NCBI GenBank assembly: GCA_016748015.1
Contig: JAAOMT010000571.1
Location: forward strand, 1,181,095 to 1,245,094
Direction: 5' to 3'
DNA length: 64,000 bases
Source of the DNA: Geosiphon pyriformis uo1
Lineage: Eukaryota > Fungi > Glomeromycota
The translations under genes were made by a program, and so were the position numbers. This document shows positions 27,836 through 41,135 of the stretch, piece by piece (position 1 is the stretch's first letter; the number at the start of each line of letters is the position of its first letter). The notes beneath the pieces were generated by a model that did not search any database, had not been told where the DNA came from, and saw only the letters and a program-made list of their open reading frames with translations.

Positions 27836-29329
27836 TAATATTAATTATTTTAATAATATTAAATTTTTTTATCTTAAAAATATTTATTTTAAAATAAAAT
27901 AAATTTAACTTTATTAACTGTTTTATAATTATTGCCAGCAAAAAAATATAATTTATTTTTTATTAAAGTCTGTTTTTATGTTTAAAAATTTATTAAAAAC
28001 AACCAAAAATCTGTTTAAAGATATTTTTTTAAATATTTAATATTACTAATCAGATTTTTTTGTTTTTATAAAAAAGTATTATTAATAGAATTATAAATAA
28101 GCTTTTTTGTTGTTTTTTTTTTATGTTATTGATAAAAACAGCTATTAAGTTTGTTATAAAAAAGTTTATATCTTTAGAAATATTAAAAAATAAAAACTTT
28201 TTTACTAAAATAATGTTTTTTAAAAAATATAAAAAGTACAAAAAAAAGTTTTTTTTTTATTTTTGGTTTTTTTTATAGTAATATTACAATCAAAATAGAT
28301 ATGTAATATAGTTTTAATTAGTTTAAATAGTTATTTATATATAAAAAATACATAAATTGTATTTAATTTAAAATACTTAATTATTATAATATATTAAATA
28401 ATAATTAAGATTTATTTGTTAAATAATAATATAATTATATAATATTATTTGGTTAATATATATATAATAATTAATAAAAACTATAAATTTTAACTATAAT
28501 AATGTAATTATCATAAAAAATAAATAAAATAAATTCAACTAAGATAAAATACATAAATTTTTTTAAATATATAATTTAAAATAATCTTAATATAAATTTT
28601 AATAAATAATTATAAAAAAAATATGTAAACTGTTTTTATTATATATATTTTTGGTTATATAATTATAAGTAATAATTAAATTATATATCAATTAAAACAT
28701 TAATAAAAAAAAGTTTAATTTTAATAATTAATTACTTTAATAAGTTTATTATATTTTGTGAATTTGTAAATTATAATTTATAAATATTATTATTTTATAT
28801 TAAAAATCCTTAAATCAATAAATCAATAAATATATTTATAAAATACAAATATTATAATTTAATATTTATATTTTTTTTAAAGCTTTGTTATTAAACACAT
28901 TATAATATTTTTATTACAATTTATTTTATATAATAATAATAATGTGCCATATTAGTATTTTTACAAAAATGTATGATAAAATTATGTTTAAGAATAATTG
29001 TGTATTACTTTTAAAAAAAACTGACAACTAATTACATTTGGCTTTGTGCCAAATGATTTTAGTAAATATTAAAACAAACAATAGGTAATTTAATAGCGTT
29101 TTGAATCAAATAAACTTTTATTTTGAATATAATCTCTGAATTTTCTTAAAATACAAACATAGAAACAGCTTTACCTTTTAGGAAGCCAATCAAGTCCAAA
29201 AGATATAGCAAACACCTTCGCTTCATACTTTTCTATATAACATCTAGGCATGGCTAGGTAATCCAGTTTTTTGGACATAATCGGCTTTAGCAAATTTATC
29301 ATTATATTTGAAGTTATTGTCTTTTTCCT

Positions 29330-30819
29330 TTATCGGGGAAGACAACCGATAATCATGTCATTTAGTTTCCTTGCAACCCAGAATATTCGGATTCGATATG
29401 GCATATAAGGTGAAAATCGTGCACTTTCATTCTGCCGTGGCATTGGAAGAGCGTTGTTGGCCATAATGATATACTTGAAAGAAATGATAAGGAGTCAAAC
29501 ATCCAACGATCTTTGAACTTCGAATCTTCCAACAGGAACTTTTCTATCTAATAAATATAAGTATAACTTACGATAGGAAAAGCCATCGCAAAAATGCTAG
29601 CGCTAAGAAATTGGTTCACAAAAAATGTGACCAACGTGAATAGAAACCCTGAGAAAAGAAAAGTTTATTTTCAAAAAGAGATCCAAGACTTGTCCAAATA
29701 CTGTTATGCTTTTACCAAATCCAGCAAAATATGCCCATCTTTCCTCGAAGTAATTAATTCGTTGCTCTAGATTCCATCCTTTATTTATCCACTTGTACCT
29801 AAAATAAAAGCACAAAAATTTAAATTTGCTCGAGACTCTCAAAGATCAAATTCACTCACTCACTCACTCAAAGCTATAGAAAGCATATATCCAGCAGATA
29901 AGCATAAAAGATATTAATGGCCCTATAAAGGGTACCAAATAAACCAATGTTGACACACACAAATAATTCATAAATAAAAAAGCACGATAGATTTCGTCGG
30001 CGAGTTGCATAAGAAATCTTTGATTTAAATAAAATTTTCTCATTGAGTATCTGTTCACCGCGGAAAAGAAAGCATGGACTCGCCCTCTAAATAAAACTTT
30101 AGCGCTCTAGTCTTACCGATTGTAAGTCAACTTAAGATTGGGAGGTTTATCATATTGCAAGGTATAAGCACGGTCCGCAATTTGTTGATACCACATAGCG
30201 TTCAACACAAAACTAAGAAGGAATATAGGGTAGACCCATAATAACTGTACAGGGGCAAAAAGCATTGAAAATTTGGTAGTGATTATGATGCCAAAGAGCA
30301 AAGGACAAAAAAGAATTAAAAGAGAGGCAAAATATTCAAACCTGATATGCTAAAATTACAAAAGAATCTAAAAAAGGTTTGCTTTTGGTGGTTATTGTTA
30401 ACTCTGCAGTATCTTCAATAGTTTCACTGCTCGAGATTCGTGAAGAAAAAAATGTTATCCGAAACAAAGCATGGAGAATTGGCAAGGTTATGTGGTTAAA
30501 AAAGAAAATGCTGCCTAGGAAGATCACCCCATTCAATATGAAACATTTTAAAGCACGATTTCGTATTGTGGTTGAGCTAAAAAAAAACAGTCGTGTGAAA
30601 AAAGTGGAAAGAGAAGCGGAAGGTACAAAAAAGAAATGAACTTCGTACCAGTTTGAGAACATACCCATAAATGATGATCAAACTTGAAGGCCAGGCAAGG
30701 GCATCCTTCACACCGCACCAGAAATGCCACCCACATAAATTCGCAGTCTCTTTCAGATCAAGTTGCCTGATTTTTTTTGGGGGCGAGCGTTCTTTTTGCG
30801 ACTGTTGCAGGTTTTCCAT
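29330..30819 (-). CDS. EI24: EI24 / etoposide-induced protein 2.4 family multi-pass membrane protein, 323 aa; exons 30819-30665, 30576-30342, 30244-30117, 30017-29868, 29798-29716, 29648-29572, 29473-29330
   Basis: Six GT-AG introns give a 972-nt open frame with family motifs CFILNGVIFLGS, LWVYPIFLLS..LN..WYQQIA, YAFYSFEYKW, R..YFEERWAYFAGFG, FP.YIIMA. Confidence 0.9.
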
Positions 30820-33800
30820 GTTGTACTGTGTATAATGAGTGTTATGTTGGTAGTCTCGTCATAACTCTAATTAAAGAAGCAGTGAATAAAGGTTTTGCCA
30901 TATTTTACTTTCAAGGATTGTCTACTTAAATTTATCAAAGTTTTTGTGATACCATCTTTATTATATGAGCGTGGTGCAAATATATTATTTATATCAAAAA
31001 CTTTATTCTTACCTGTATTAGAGACTGTTGTGAATAAGAGTAGCAAATGCTTTAATATTGAAATAATTCCTAGGTCAATTTGAAAAAAAATTATTGAGAA
31101 CTTATAATCTATTTATTCACCTTTAAAATTGCAAATGCGACCTTCAAAATTAAAATTTCTGTAAGAAATTCATATCTTTGTTTTAATATTTGCATGTTTC
31201 TTTTATTCTTATTTGTATAAAAAGTGGTTGTAAATAAAACCCTATTATTGAAGATACAAATATAATAGCTTCTAAATAATTTTGGTGTTTAAAATACTTA
31301 TTATACAATTTTTTTGTTAACTTATTAATACTACATATTAAATATATAAACAAACTATAGCTATATAAAAGAAATATTTATTAAAGAGACTTATATTATA
31401 TACTTTTAATAAGATAAAAATAGTAAACAAAAAATTTCCAAATTATTTTATGTAAAGTAAATTTTTTTACAAATTTTCAAGCTTATTGCTAAAATTATTG
31501 TAATGTTTTTAATAAATAATTTTTTGCATTGTTAAAAATCAAATTATATCTGTTTTTAAAAAAAAATTTATAATTTTGTTGTAAATAAATAACAAAAAAA
31601 TAATTATTAAGAGTAATAAAAATAATAATAAAAAAATCAATTAAAAAAGTAAATTAAATTTGTAAAAATCAAATATGTGTAATTAGTTTTAAAATTATAA
31701 TTACTTAATTTTTTCTGAAAAATCTGAAAATAAAAAAATAGTTTATAATTATTAACAAAATAATAATAATAATAATAATATTTTATAATTAAGAATATTT
31801 AATAATATATATTAACAAAAACTTAAATCCAGTAAAAAAACTATGAAACATTAATATTAAAACATTTAGCAATCTACTAAATAATTTTTAAATAAAAAAA
31901 ATATCTTAACAAATTATTTAATATTACTGCAAAAAAAAAACTAATAAATAATAAAAATACCAGATAAAAAACAGTACTATTATTATTTAAGTATAAATTA
32001 TATTATAAAAAAATAATATTAACAATTTATTATAAATAAATCAAATATAAAAAAATATTAATTATACTATTACAAATTTTAAATAAATAAACAAATCTAT
32101 TAATAATTATGTTATTATAAAAAAAAAAAAAACTTCTTTCTTTTTTTTATTCTAAATTTACAAAAAAGAGTCATAAGTTTTTTGAAAAAAGTTTCTACAA
32201 TTCAGTACAATAAATCCAAACTCTTCTTGCTTGATTATAAGACTACTATTGGCTATAGTATTGCTATAATAAAGAAATCTGTTAAAAACTTTAGTATTGG
32301 TAATGGTGAAATAGATATTGTCTCTAAAAAAAAAAGATGATGTTCTGAAAGATGGTGCTGCTTGTGAAATGGTCTTGTCTAAAAAATCAGTTAATGGTTC
32401 TTGGGAGTTTGAAACTGATGACACTACTGAATTTAATAGTGTTAATATGGAAGAGGAGTGTTTTGTAGAAAAAACCAGTGTGAATTATGGTGAAAGAAGT
32501 CTGTTCAATGAGGGTGATTCCAACCAAACACCAAAAAGTCCAAGATTGGTGACAAAAAAAACTTTGGGTATGCCATTAGAAAAGATTGATTTCTTGAATA
32601 GTGTTAATGATAATGATGTTTTTTTGGATGCTTCTGTGGTTTTCCCACTTCTATTGAAAAATCTGGTTAATGTTTCAGTTCAAAAGTTTTTTACTGTGAA
32701 TATTAGCTTGGATAAAGTCATTGGAAAGTCTTCTTAAAAAAAGCTTATAGTAGTCAGAAAGTTGTTTTCTAAAGTTAATGGTTTTGGGGAGGCCTCTACT
32801 TTCTCAAAATTTTCAGAAATCATCTGTGCTTTCTTCACTTCTGAATCTAGTTTAGCACAGGCTATAGAAAAAGCAAAAGCAGCAAATATTTTGGTAAATA
32901 CTAATCTCAAGAAATCTACTAATCATTTAGATCAGGCTGTAGTAATAAAACAAATTCCAATTAAAACATTGACTAAGACTGTGCATGCTGTACTATTCAG
33001 ATTTGAAATGGTTAAGTCGATCAAAATACAATTGTTGGGGCTATGGCAAAAGACTGTAGTAGAATTTAAGCAATTAGATTATGCTAATTTGGTCATAGCT
33101 AAATGGTTTATCTTGATCAAAAAAGATGCTATGTATATGGCCAGAGCTGATAATGACAAAGAATTTTGAAATACTAGGGACAGTTATAGAATACTGCTCT
33201 ATATTCTGCTTATTGAAATAAATGCACATAACATTTGGGATTTTATTGGTTCTGTAAGTGGAAAAATGTGTGTCATCGATCAACACTCTGTTACTAATGC
33301 TCAAGCCAGATGTGTTGTTGTTTGTTTTGACTCAGTTTAGTTACTAAATGCCATTTTGGGAATTACATCTGCCTTAAAGAGTATTAATTTGCACTGGTTT
33401 TGTCTAAATTCTATTAAGTGTACTAAATATGAGAAAGTGGGTCATATCTCTTTAAGCTGTTCTGGAGGTAGAAAATTTTCTTCTAGTGGTCTATCTTGCA
33501 AAATACTGTCAGAGATTGATAAAAACAGGCAGACATCCATTTATGCTAAATGTTTTGCTCCAATCTTCTGTTCTGTTTCTTTCAATAGTGTCTCTTGGGC
33601 CAAGATTGTTGGTGAGTCTTTACTCCCTTCTCTTCCTGTACATAATGACTTAAATGTTTCTGGTTCTTTTTCAGAGTTGAAACTTGCTCTAGCAGTATCT
33701 ATAGAATTGAACAATATATTTGCCACTTTTGAACATAGTTTCACCAGCCTTGTAGAATGCATTGACAAGTTGGCTAAAAGATTGAACACATCTGGATTAA

Positions 33801-36800
33801 TAGTTTCTCAGCCTAGTCCTGGATGTTAACTGTTGATAACCCCTTTATTACAGAATTAAGGTGTAAATATAGTGATGAATAAGAGTTCAGGTGTGGTCAC
33901 TAGTAGTAAGGCTATTGCAGGAGCAGTGGTTTTTAATCCTTCAGTTGTCTTAAAAATGGAAAAAACTTTAAACAATTTGTTAATTATTGTTATAAGCCTT
34001 TCAGCTAAATAGGACAATGCTGGTTTGGTTCTTGCTTTTCATCCTTCCCAATAATAGATCTGGTCTGGAGAATTGCTATGTGCAATGTTTGGAGTATTAA
34101 TGTTTCTGCCAAACAGGAGGATATTGTTTAGTGGCACATAAATTCAGAGAATATAGTGTCTATTGTTACAAAAACAAAATTAAGGTCTAATATTAGGCCA
34201 TAGATTATGAACAAATTCAATAGTATGTATATTTTTACATTTGATCTAAATAATGGGTTTTTTAAGGCTAAAGTGACAATAATCATGAACAATTCTCTGG
34301 CTCAACATGTTTTTAAGATAGAGAAGATTTCTGGTCATGTTGTTTTAGTGCATTTTCTTTTCAAGAGCAAGATTTTGGTCTCAATTATTGGTTTGTACAC
34401 TTGTGCCTCTTCTGGTGACCAATTTGACTAGACACCTAATATTAATTTTTTTATAGCTTGGGTGGTTAATTCCAGTAGTTTTATTGTTTTGGATGGTGAT
34501 TTCAATGAGGGCAGGTTTAAAAAAAGTGCAAGTTATAAATTCTGTTCAGGTCTGGATTTGGTCAATTCTTTTGGTGAATATTTTTTGGTTAAAGCTTCTA
34601 CATGGAACAACTTAAGGGATATTGAGAAAGTTATTGATCACATCTTTGTTAATAAGAGCTTGATTTTGGCTGTAGCCAGTCACAAAATTGACTTAGTGTC
34701 TGAGTTTTTTAACACTAATCACAAAGCTGTCTCAGTTTTAATGGGCTTGGATGGTCTTTTGGATGTTTAATTAGGAGACATATGCAAACACACTAATAAG
34801 AATTGCTGAAAGTTCAAGCTGAAGGACATAGATGTTAATAGGTGGAAATGTTTTATGGAATGTTTTTCAGACAAATTTTTAAAGAAGTCAGGTATATTTT
34901 ATGATGTAAAATATAGTGGTAATTTGGATGCCATATGAGATATTCTTAAAAAGATGATAATTAATTTTGTTGATGAAATCTTCTCCAAACTCTGGTTTAG
35001 TGAGTTCAATAGTATAAAAAACAAGTCATCTTCAAAATTTTATAGGTTGGAATTGTTGAAGTCTAAAATTGTTAATAGTATAAATTCAGGTCTGAATTTG
35101 GAGTTGGTACTTAAGTAGGCATAAATGAAAAAGAAGCATTCAAGATTCATATTATAATCAATAAAGATACTAAAGTTAAGGATATTTTGTATCCCATTTT
35201 AGTTGTTAAAAGAGGTTACCACAGGTCCAAATATCATGAATCTAGAGTTGTTAAAGATAATTTCATCAGAATAGCCATGGCAAAATACATGGAAAATTTT
35301 TGTTTAAATAAGAGGAAAATAATAAAAAGTATTTTGGATCGGCCTTTTAAGAAGATGGTTCTCGATCATTTAATTATTAATGATAAGTTTATCTTGGAGT
35401 TTCAGGCTGTCAAATTTTTAATTGATACTATAATAAAAGATTGGACAAAGAAACACTTAGTTTCTGGTGCTCTGTCAAATTATTGGCTTGATTAATATGC
35501 TTCCTTAGGTTACATCAATGATAATACATTCTTAGGAGTTATGTATGACATTAGTATGAATAAGCTTCTACAGGTTGTCAGGGACTTGCCAGATAGTAAG
35601 ACTGCTGGGCTTTCTGGTATTTCCAATGAACTTTGAAAGCACAATAATTCTCTAGTTCTCAATAGTCTTTTGAGCATTTTCAATAGATGTTTGAAATCTG
35701 AAGAAATTTCTATGCAATGGAGGAGATTCTGGGTTTTTATGATTCCTAAACTATATAATTGAGAGAGTACTCTTATTAACACTAGGCTGATAGCACTGAT
35801 TGAGACTGTGTAAAAGATTTTGTCTAAGATCTTTTCAGATAGGATTTTTTTGGCTTGCAATAGGTTTGATATTTTGCATGGTGACAATTTTTTGGTATTA
35901 AAGAACACTTCCATACAATCCTCTATTTTTGCTGTTGGCTTAATTGTTGAAGATGCTTTGTAAAAAAACAGGAAGTTATGGTTGGTTTTTCAGGATATGC
36001 ACAAAGTCTATGATTCTGTCAAATGGTCTCATTTGTTCAATAGTTTAATTAGGATCAAAATGTGTCTCTGCTTCATAAGCTTCTTTGGCAGTATACACAA
36101 TAATAGATTCAACTAAGTTATGACAGATTTTGGTCTGTCTGATGGTTATGTTGTGCATAATAGTCTAGATCAAAAGAAGATGTTTTTACTATTGCTATGG
36201 CAAATTTTCTATGACTTATTGCTCTGTGAATTCAAAAAACATGAACAATTATATAGCTACAGAATGTGTTCAAAGTTTTATATTAAGTCTAGTAAGTCTG
36301 ATCTTAATAGTAACAGAACTTCATTCTTTGCTGCAGGTGCCTTTGTTAATAACACAATTTAGATTGAAAACTGCTTAATGGCAATACAAAACATCTTGAA
36401 CATAGCCAGTGAGTTTTTTTATATAATAATATTTCAATAAATACTAAGAAAACTATTGCTATTCTCATTAACTAAAGTGTCTAGAAGGCTGAACTGTCTA
36501 TTAGTGAATCAAGAATTTTAATGGCTGAGAAAGGCAAGTTTTATTGTTATTTGGAAATTTTTTTGTTAATTGAGAGCTTGTTCAAACCAAGTTTAGCCAA
36601 AGCTCATGCCAATATCAAATTCTTTTTAAATGTGGTTTTGAGAAAGGCCATTATTGAGAAGCAATTTTTGTATTTAGTTTCTATTGTTCTGCAGCCTATT
36701 ATTTGTTATAGATTTCAATTTAGCTTTGCTTTTAAAAGTGTTTGTGAAAAATAAAACAAATTATTGAAAAAAGGACTTAAGTTCAAGACAAATTTGCTTA

Positions 36801-36866
36801 GAGACTTTTCTAGTGTAATACTGCATTATCCTAAGTTATATGGCCTGAAGCCTTTTAAGCAGATGC

Positions 36867-37538
36867 TATTATCCGAGTAGAAAAACCAATATAAAGTTAT
36901 GAAGAAATATGACCAGAACATGACATAATACAGAATAGTATGCAATAATGTTAGATAATGCATTATAACNNNNNNNNNNNNNNNNNNNNNNNNNNNNNNN
37001 NNNNNNNNNNNNNNNNNNNNNNNNNNNNNNNNNNNNNNNNNAGCATAACTGCCTCAAACTATTAATAATTTAGACCAATTGCTCTTGATAATAACAATTG
37101 ACAATAATAATTTTTTTTTATTTTTTTTTATTTTTTTCTTTCTTTTTTTTGTGAAGTGACAACATAGTAAAATCAACTGTCTGGGAATAAACTTCATAAT
37201 AGTCTGGTAAAAAAAGGAAACTCTTTCTAGGTTTTTAGATATTAACATTATCTTAATAGCTTACCAGAAGAGCAAAAAGACAATGCCAGATCCTAATAAT
37301 TGTGCTTATTAGTTCAGAGAAAAAAACTCACTTTTATAAAAAGTTGCAATTAGCAAGAACCAAAACTCTGTGCCTTATAACCAAAGAACTCAATAGATAA
37401 ATTCACAACCAGTAAAATAAGATTTTCAGAAACTGATAATCAAGATTAAACCACTGGAATTACGTAAAACATGCCTTACTAATAATTGAGAGCACCAAAC
37501 ATTACCATCTCTTTACCCCACCAAGTTTACTCATAACA
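36867..37538 (+). mobile_element. LTR insertion (solo LTR or collapsed element) distantly related to family A; spans the assembly gap
   Basis: Ends TATTAT...ATAACA; TSD ATGC/GTGC; shares CTCTTGAT, TCTGGTAAAA, TAGCTTACCAGAAG and CAAAGAACTCAA with family-A LTRs. Removal restores KQVLTESLMANLVNF. Confidence 0.8.
36970..37041. other. Assembly gap (N run)
   Basis: Run of n characters. Confidence 1.
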
Positions 37539-39334
37539 GTGCTTACTGAAAGTTTGATGGCCAACCTGGTCAATTTTAGTAATGCTGGTAAAACTTTTTG
37601 CAGATTTTTTGACCATAGAGCAATGGACTTACAAACAGCCAGTTGGATGCCCTAGCACTCTTTCTGTTTTTCAGTCACATTACCTATTAATTCTTTAAAT
37701 TGTTTTTTAGCTGGTGCTATACATATTTTCACTTTGTGCAACACTTTCTTGGGTGGTGTTCTTTCTAATGTTTTTTGGACTGAAACTGGTGTGTCAATCT
37801 TGGATGTATTGGGTCTAAGTAATTATCTGGATGTGAGAAATTTTTTTAAAAAATATGGCTTTATTTTTGCCAATCAACTTTTAGATCATTATGGCATGTG
37901 CTTCACTTAAAACACCTTTTGCAGATAAAAGAAGCTTGACCCCAAAGGTCCAATTCCTATCTGGTTTGTTTCTATTACTGATTTTGTCAAAAATGGTGGT
38001 TTGGACAATAGTATGACTATGGTGTCTTATTCTGCTTCCACCAACTTTTTTTGTGACATTGGTTTTATTTTTGAGCATTTGTTTGTCTCCAAGTATGGCT
38101 TCATTGATGTTTACATTGATAGTTCTGTTAGAGATTTGGGGTTTATTGGTGCCTGTAGTGGCAGTACAGCTTATTTTTCAAAAGCTGATGCAAACATTAG
38201 TATGAAAGTTCTTGGCTTATTGTCTTCTACACTGGTAGAACTGCAAGTTATTACTTTAGTATTGAAATGTATACCTGTTTCTAGCACAGTTATCTTGTTC
38301 ACAGACAGTTAGACATTGCTGGATATATGCAAGTTTAATGTGGGTGTTTCTAGTCCTGATTTTTGCTGCAAATGCTGGATCAAGAAAGAGCATATTTGTT
38401 AAGCTATTTCAAAAAATAATTTGTCAGTCATGTGGAGAAAAGTCAAAAGACATTCAGACATTGTTGAAAATGAGCAAGTGAATTTTTTTGCTAATACAGT
38501 AGTTTTTTTAAGTCTGTACTGTCCCTAAGTGTACCATGTTACTTTCTTAGTATTGAAAACAGATCTGTTTCTGGGAATGCATATTATTTTGTCAAGAATT
38601 TGTTCAACACTGTTAATTTTGTCAGTTGAGAATCTAGGTGTGATGCCAGCATTATTGATATTAGTATTGTTAGCAACATTGATGTATCCAAGTTTTTTGG
38701 TGTTTGGCATCCTAATGGTAGAATTTGTTCCAGTTATATTAGTTTATCTTTAGCTTCTTTGTGGTCTTATCTTATAAAGTCTTTGCATTGTTACCTGCCA
38801 GTTACCATAAAAAAGAGGTTGTATGATCCTAAATATTTTAGCATGGCATGTATTAAGTATGGGATGGTTAAGGACTCTGATCATTTGTTTTTATGTATGT
38901 ATGATGACAATACCAAAAAAAATATATTATTAACCATTAATATAGAGTGGTGTGAGCTGGTTGGTAATTCTGCTGTAAAAAGTAGAGTGGTACAATCTCT
39001 GCATGAGGCTGAATTATCTGGTAATTTGTACATGTTATTGGCCAAAGAATTTGTGTTAAAAAACTAGACAGCTGATGCTGTCTTGTGTCTTGGCTCTGCT
39101 TCTGGTAACAGTTTAATTGTCAAGTTAGTTCACAGTCTTGCCAAGAGTTATAGGTCTAATATCTGGTTGTCTATTGCCAAATTAAGAGCTTTTTATGAGA
39201 AGCACAATCTTTTACCATATAATAAATTTGCTGTGCTGTCAGTTGTTGGTTTGTTAGACTTGTGGGCTGTTGAAGTCATCTGCAGCTTTGGTATTAGGTT
39301 AGATATTCATATGTGTTTTGGTTTGTGTCTTTAT

Positions 39335-40294
39335 TGTTACTGAAGGTTTTTGGTCTCTTTTTTTTGAATGTTATTAATGTTAATTTGCTGTGAATTTATG
39401 TTTTCAGAAAGTAGTTGGATTTCCAGTAACTGAATTTATCTTCAAATTATTTCTTATAATTTGAACTCCTGGGCTTATAAGTAGAATGACCAATTCTGTG
39501 CCAGTTGTTTTATATAGTTACATTGTAGTAAATATCAACTCTTTCCCAGAAATTGCTCATCTGGAAGCTTACTAAAAATGTGTAATTACTTTGCTGTGAA
39601 AGTCAACTTTTCTACAGGAATCTTGTTTGTAGGCTACCTTAATAATTATAATAAAAAAGAAAAAAAATATAAAAGAAATAGAATTTATTAAGAGAAACGT
39701 TTTCTATTCAGGCCTGGAGTCACTAACAGATTATTGAAATTGGTAGCTAATCAATTTCAAAACATTAGTTGTATTGAAGAAATTTCAAGTGTAATAATCA
39801 AAGGATTTGGTTTTCAAATATTTTAATTTTTATTTGAATGTATAAAAGATGATTTGTTTTTAATTAAGATATTTAAAGTAAAGTACTATGATAAGATACT
39901 ATGAGAAAATATATTTTCTTGAAGAAAAAAGCTCTTCTTTTATACAACTTGTTGTAGTATTAGTCTTTAAACTTGCACTTTTCTCTTTGCTACAATTTGG
40001 ATGAACTAAAGATACATTTCGGCAAACTGCAAGTTATTTCACTGAATTATTGATTATTTCGGCCAATTTTCATTAATTTCAGCGAATTTTGCTATGTTAA
40101 ATGGTTCAGAGTATTGTGTAATTTGATTATCTTAATTTCTATGGTACAAATCAGATTATTAATTAAGTAATAATATTTGATAATTTGATTAAATAATAAG
40201 TAATATTCGAAATAATAATAATATATGCTAATTAATAATAGAAATTATGAGAGTAATTTCATGCTAATTAATAGCTAAAATTCTGTTAATAACA
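39335..40294 (-). repeat. 3' LTR of Gypsy B (960 bp)
   Basis: Direct repeat of 58396-59354. Confidence 0.95.
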
Positions 40295-40982
40295 TAATCT
40301 CCTCCTTAAGACTAAGCTCTATTAAAGTCCAAGCACTATCTGTAATATTAAGATAGTAGTTTAAGATAATTGAAGTGATTTGGTCTGAAAATTGTTGAAA
40401 TTTCAGTTCTGTGAACTTTCCAATGTATTGAATCTTTATTGGATAGAGTATTGGGTTTTGTAGAATGTTTTCACAAATGTTGAATAAATCATAGAGTCTA
40501 AATGCTGCTCTAAGTTTGTAGTAAGTGTTTATTGGTCCAGCTGTTGTCTTGAATTCATTGTGAATTTGTTTTTGTATAGCCTCAAAAGTGATATTGGTTG
40601 CTTTAAGTTCCAGTTTTTGTTTATAAAGTGTTTTTCTAATATGAAAATATCTATATATAAGAGTATGTTTATTGTTCTGTTCATTGAGGAATAGTAAAAG
40701 TTTTTGTTGCATTGTGGTATTTGGTAGAATCTCAATAAGAGCAAATAAAAAATTTTCTTTTAGTGCTTGCTTTAAAAGTTCTGGTAATTGATTTCCAGAG
40801 TAATTTTTTGTTTTTTTTCTATTGGGATGATAATTCTGAGAATTATTTACTATTAGGGCTGTGGTTTCTTTCTGAATGTAATTAATTTGACTTTTATTAA
40901 TTGTTATGGATAAGTCAGAAAGTGTTTTCAAAGCTAACATTAATTTTTGGAATATTTGTTGAATATTTCGGGGAATAATCAT
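40275..40982 (-). CDS. Gypsy B ORF3, uninterrupted 235-aa unknown accessory protein
   Basis: ATG-initiated open frame after integrase, running through the PPT into the LTR; weak motif similarity to family-A ORF3. Confidence 0.65.
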   Translation of the reverse strand: MIIPRNIQQIFQKLMLALKTLSDLSITINKSQINYIQKETTALIVNNSQNYHPNRKKTKNYSGNQLPELLKQALKENFLFALIEILPNTTMQQKLLLFLNEQNNKHTLIYRYFHIRKTLYKQKLELKATNITFEAIQKQIHNEFKTTAGPINTYYKLRAAFRLYDLFNICENILQNPILYPIKIQYIGKFTELKFQQFSDQITSIILNYYLNITDSAWTLIELSLKEEIMLLTEF

Positions 40983-41135
40983 GATAAAAGTGGTTAACTA
41001 ATAAAAAAAAAGAATAAAAAAAATTATTTTTGGATATGGGGTTTTATTTGTTTTTGGGTTTGTGTGTTTTTTGTAATTATTTACTATTTTTGTTTTTGTG
41101 TGTTATTAAAAGGATTATTGTAAAATTATGTTGAA

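Noticed and set aside
30379-30639. Plus-strand 86-aa ORF and other ORFs antisense to genes or TE ORFs (e.g. 48306-48839)
   Set aside because: Shadows of the real opposite-strand coding frames.
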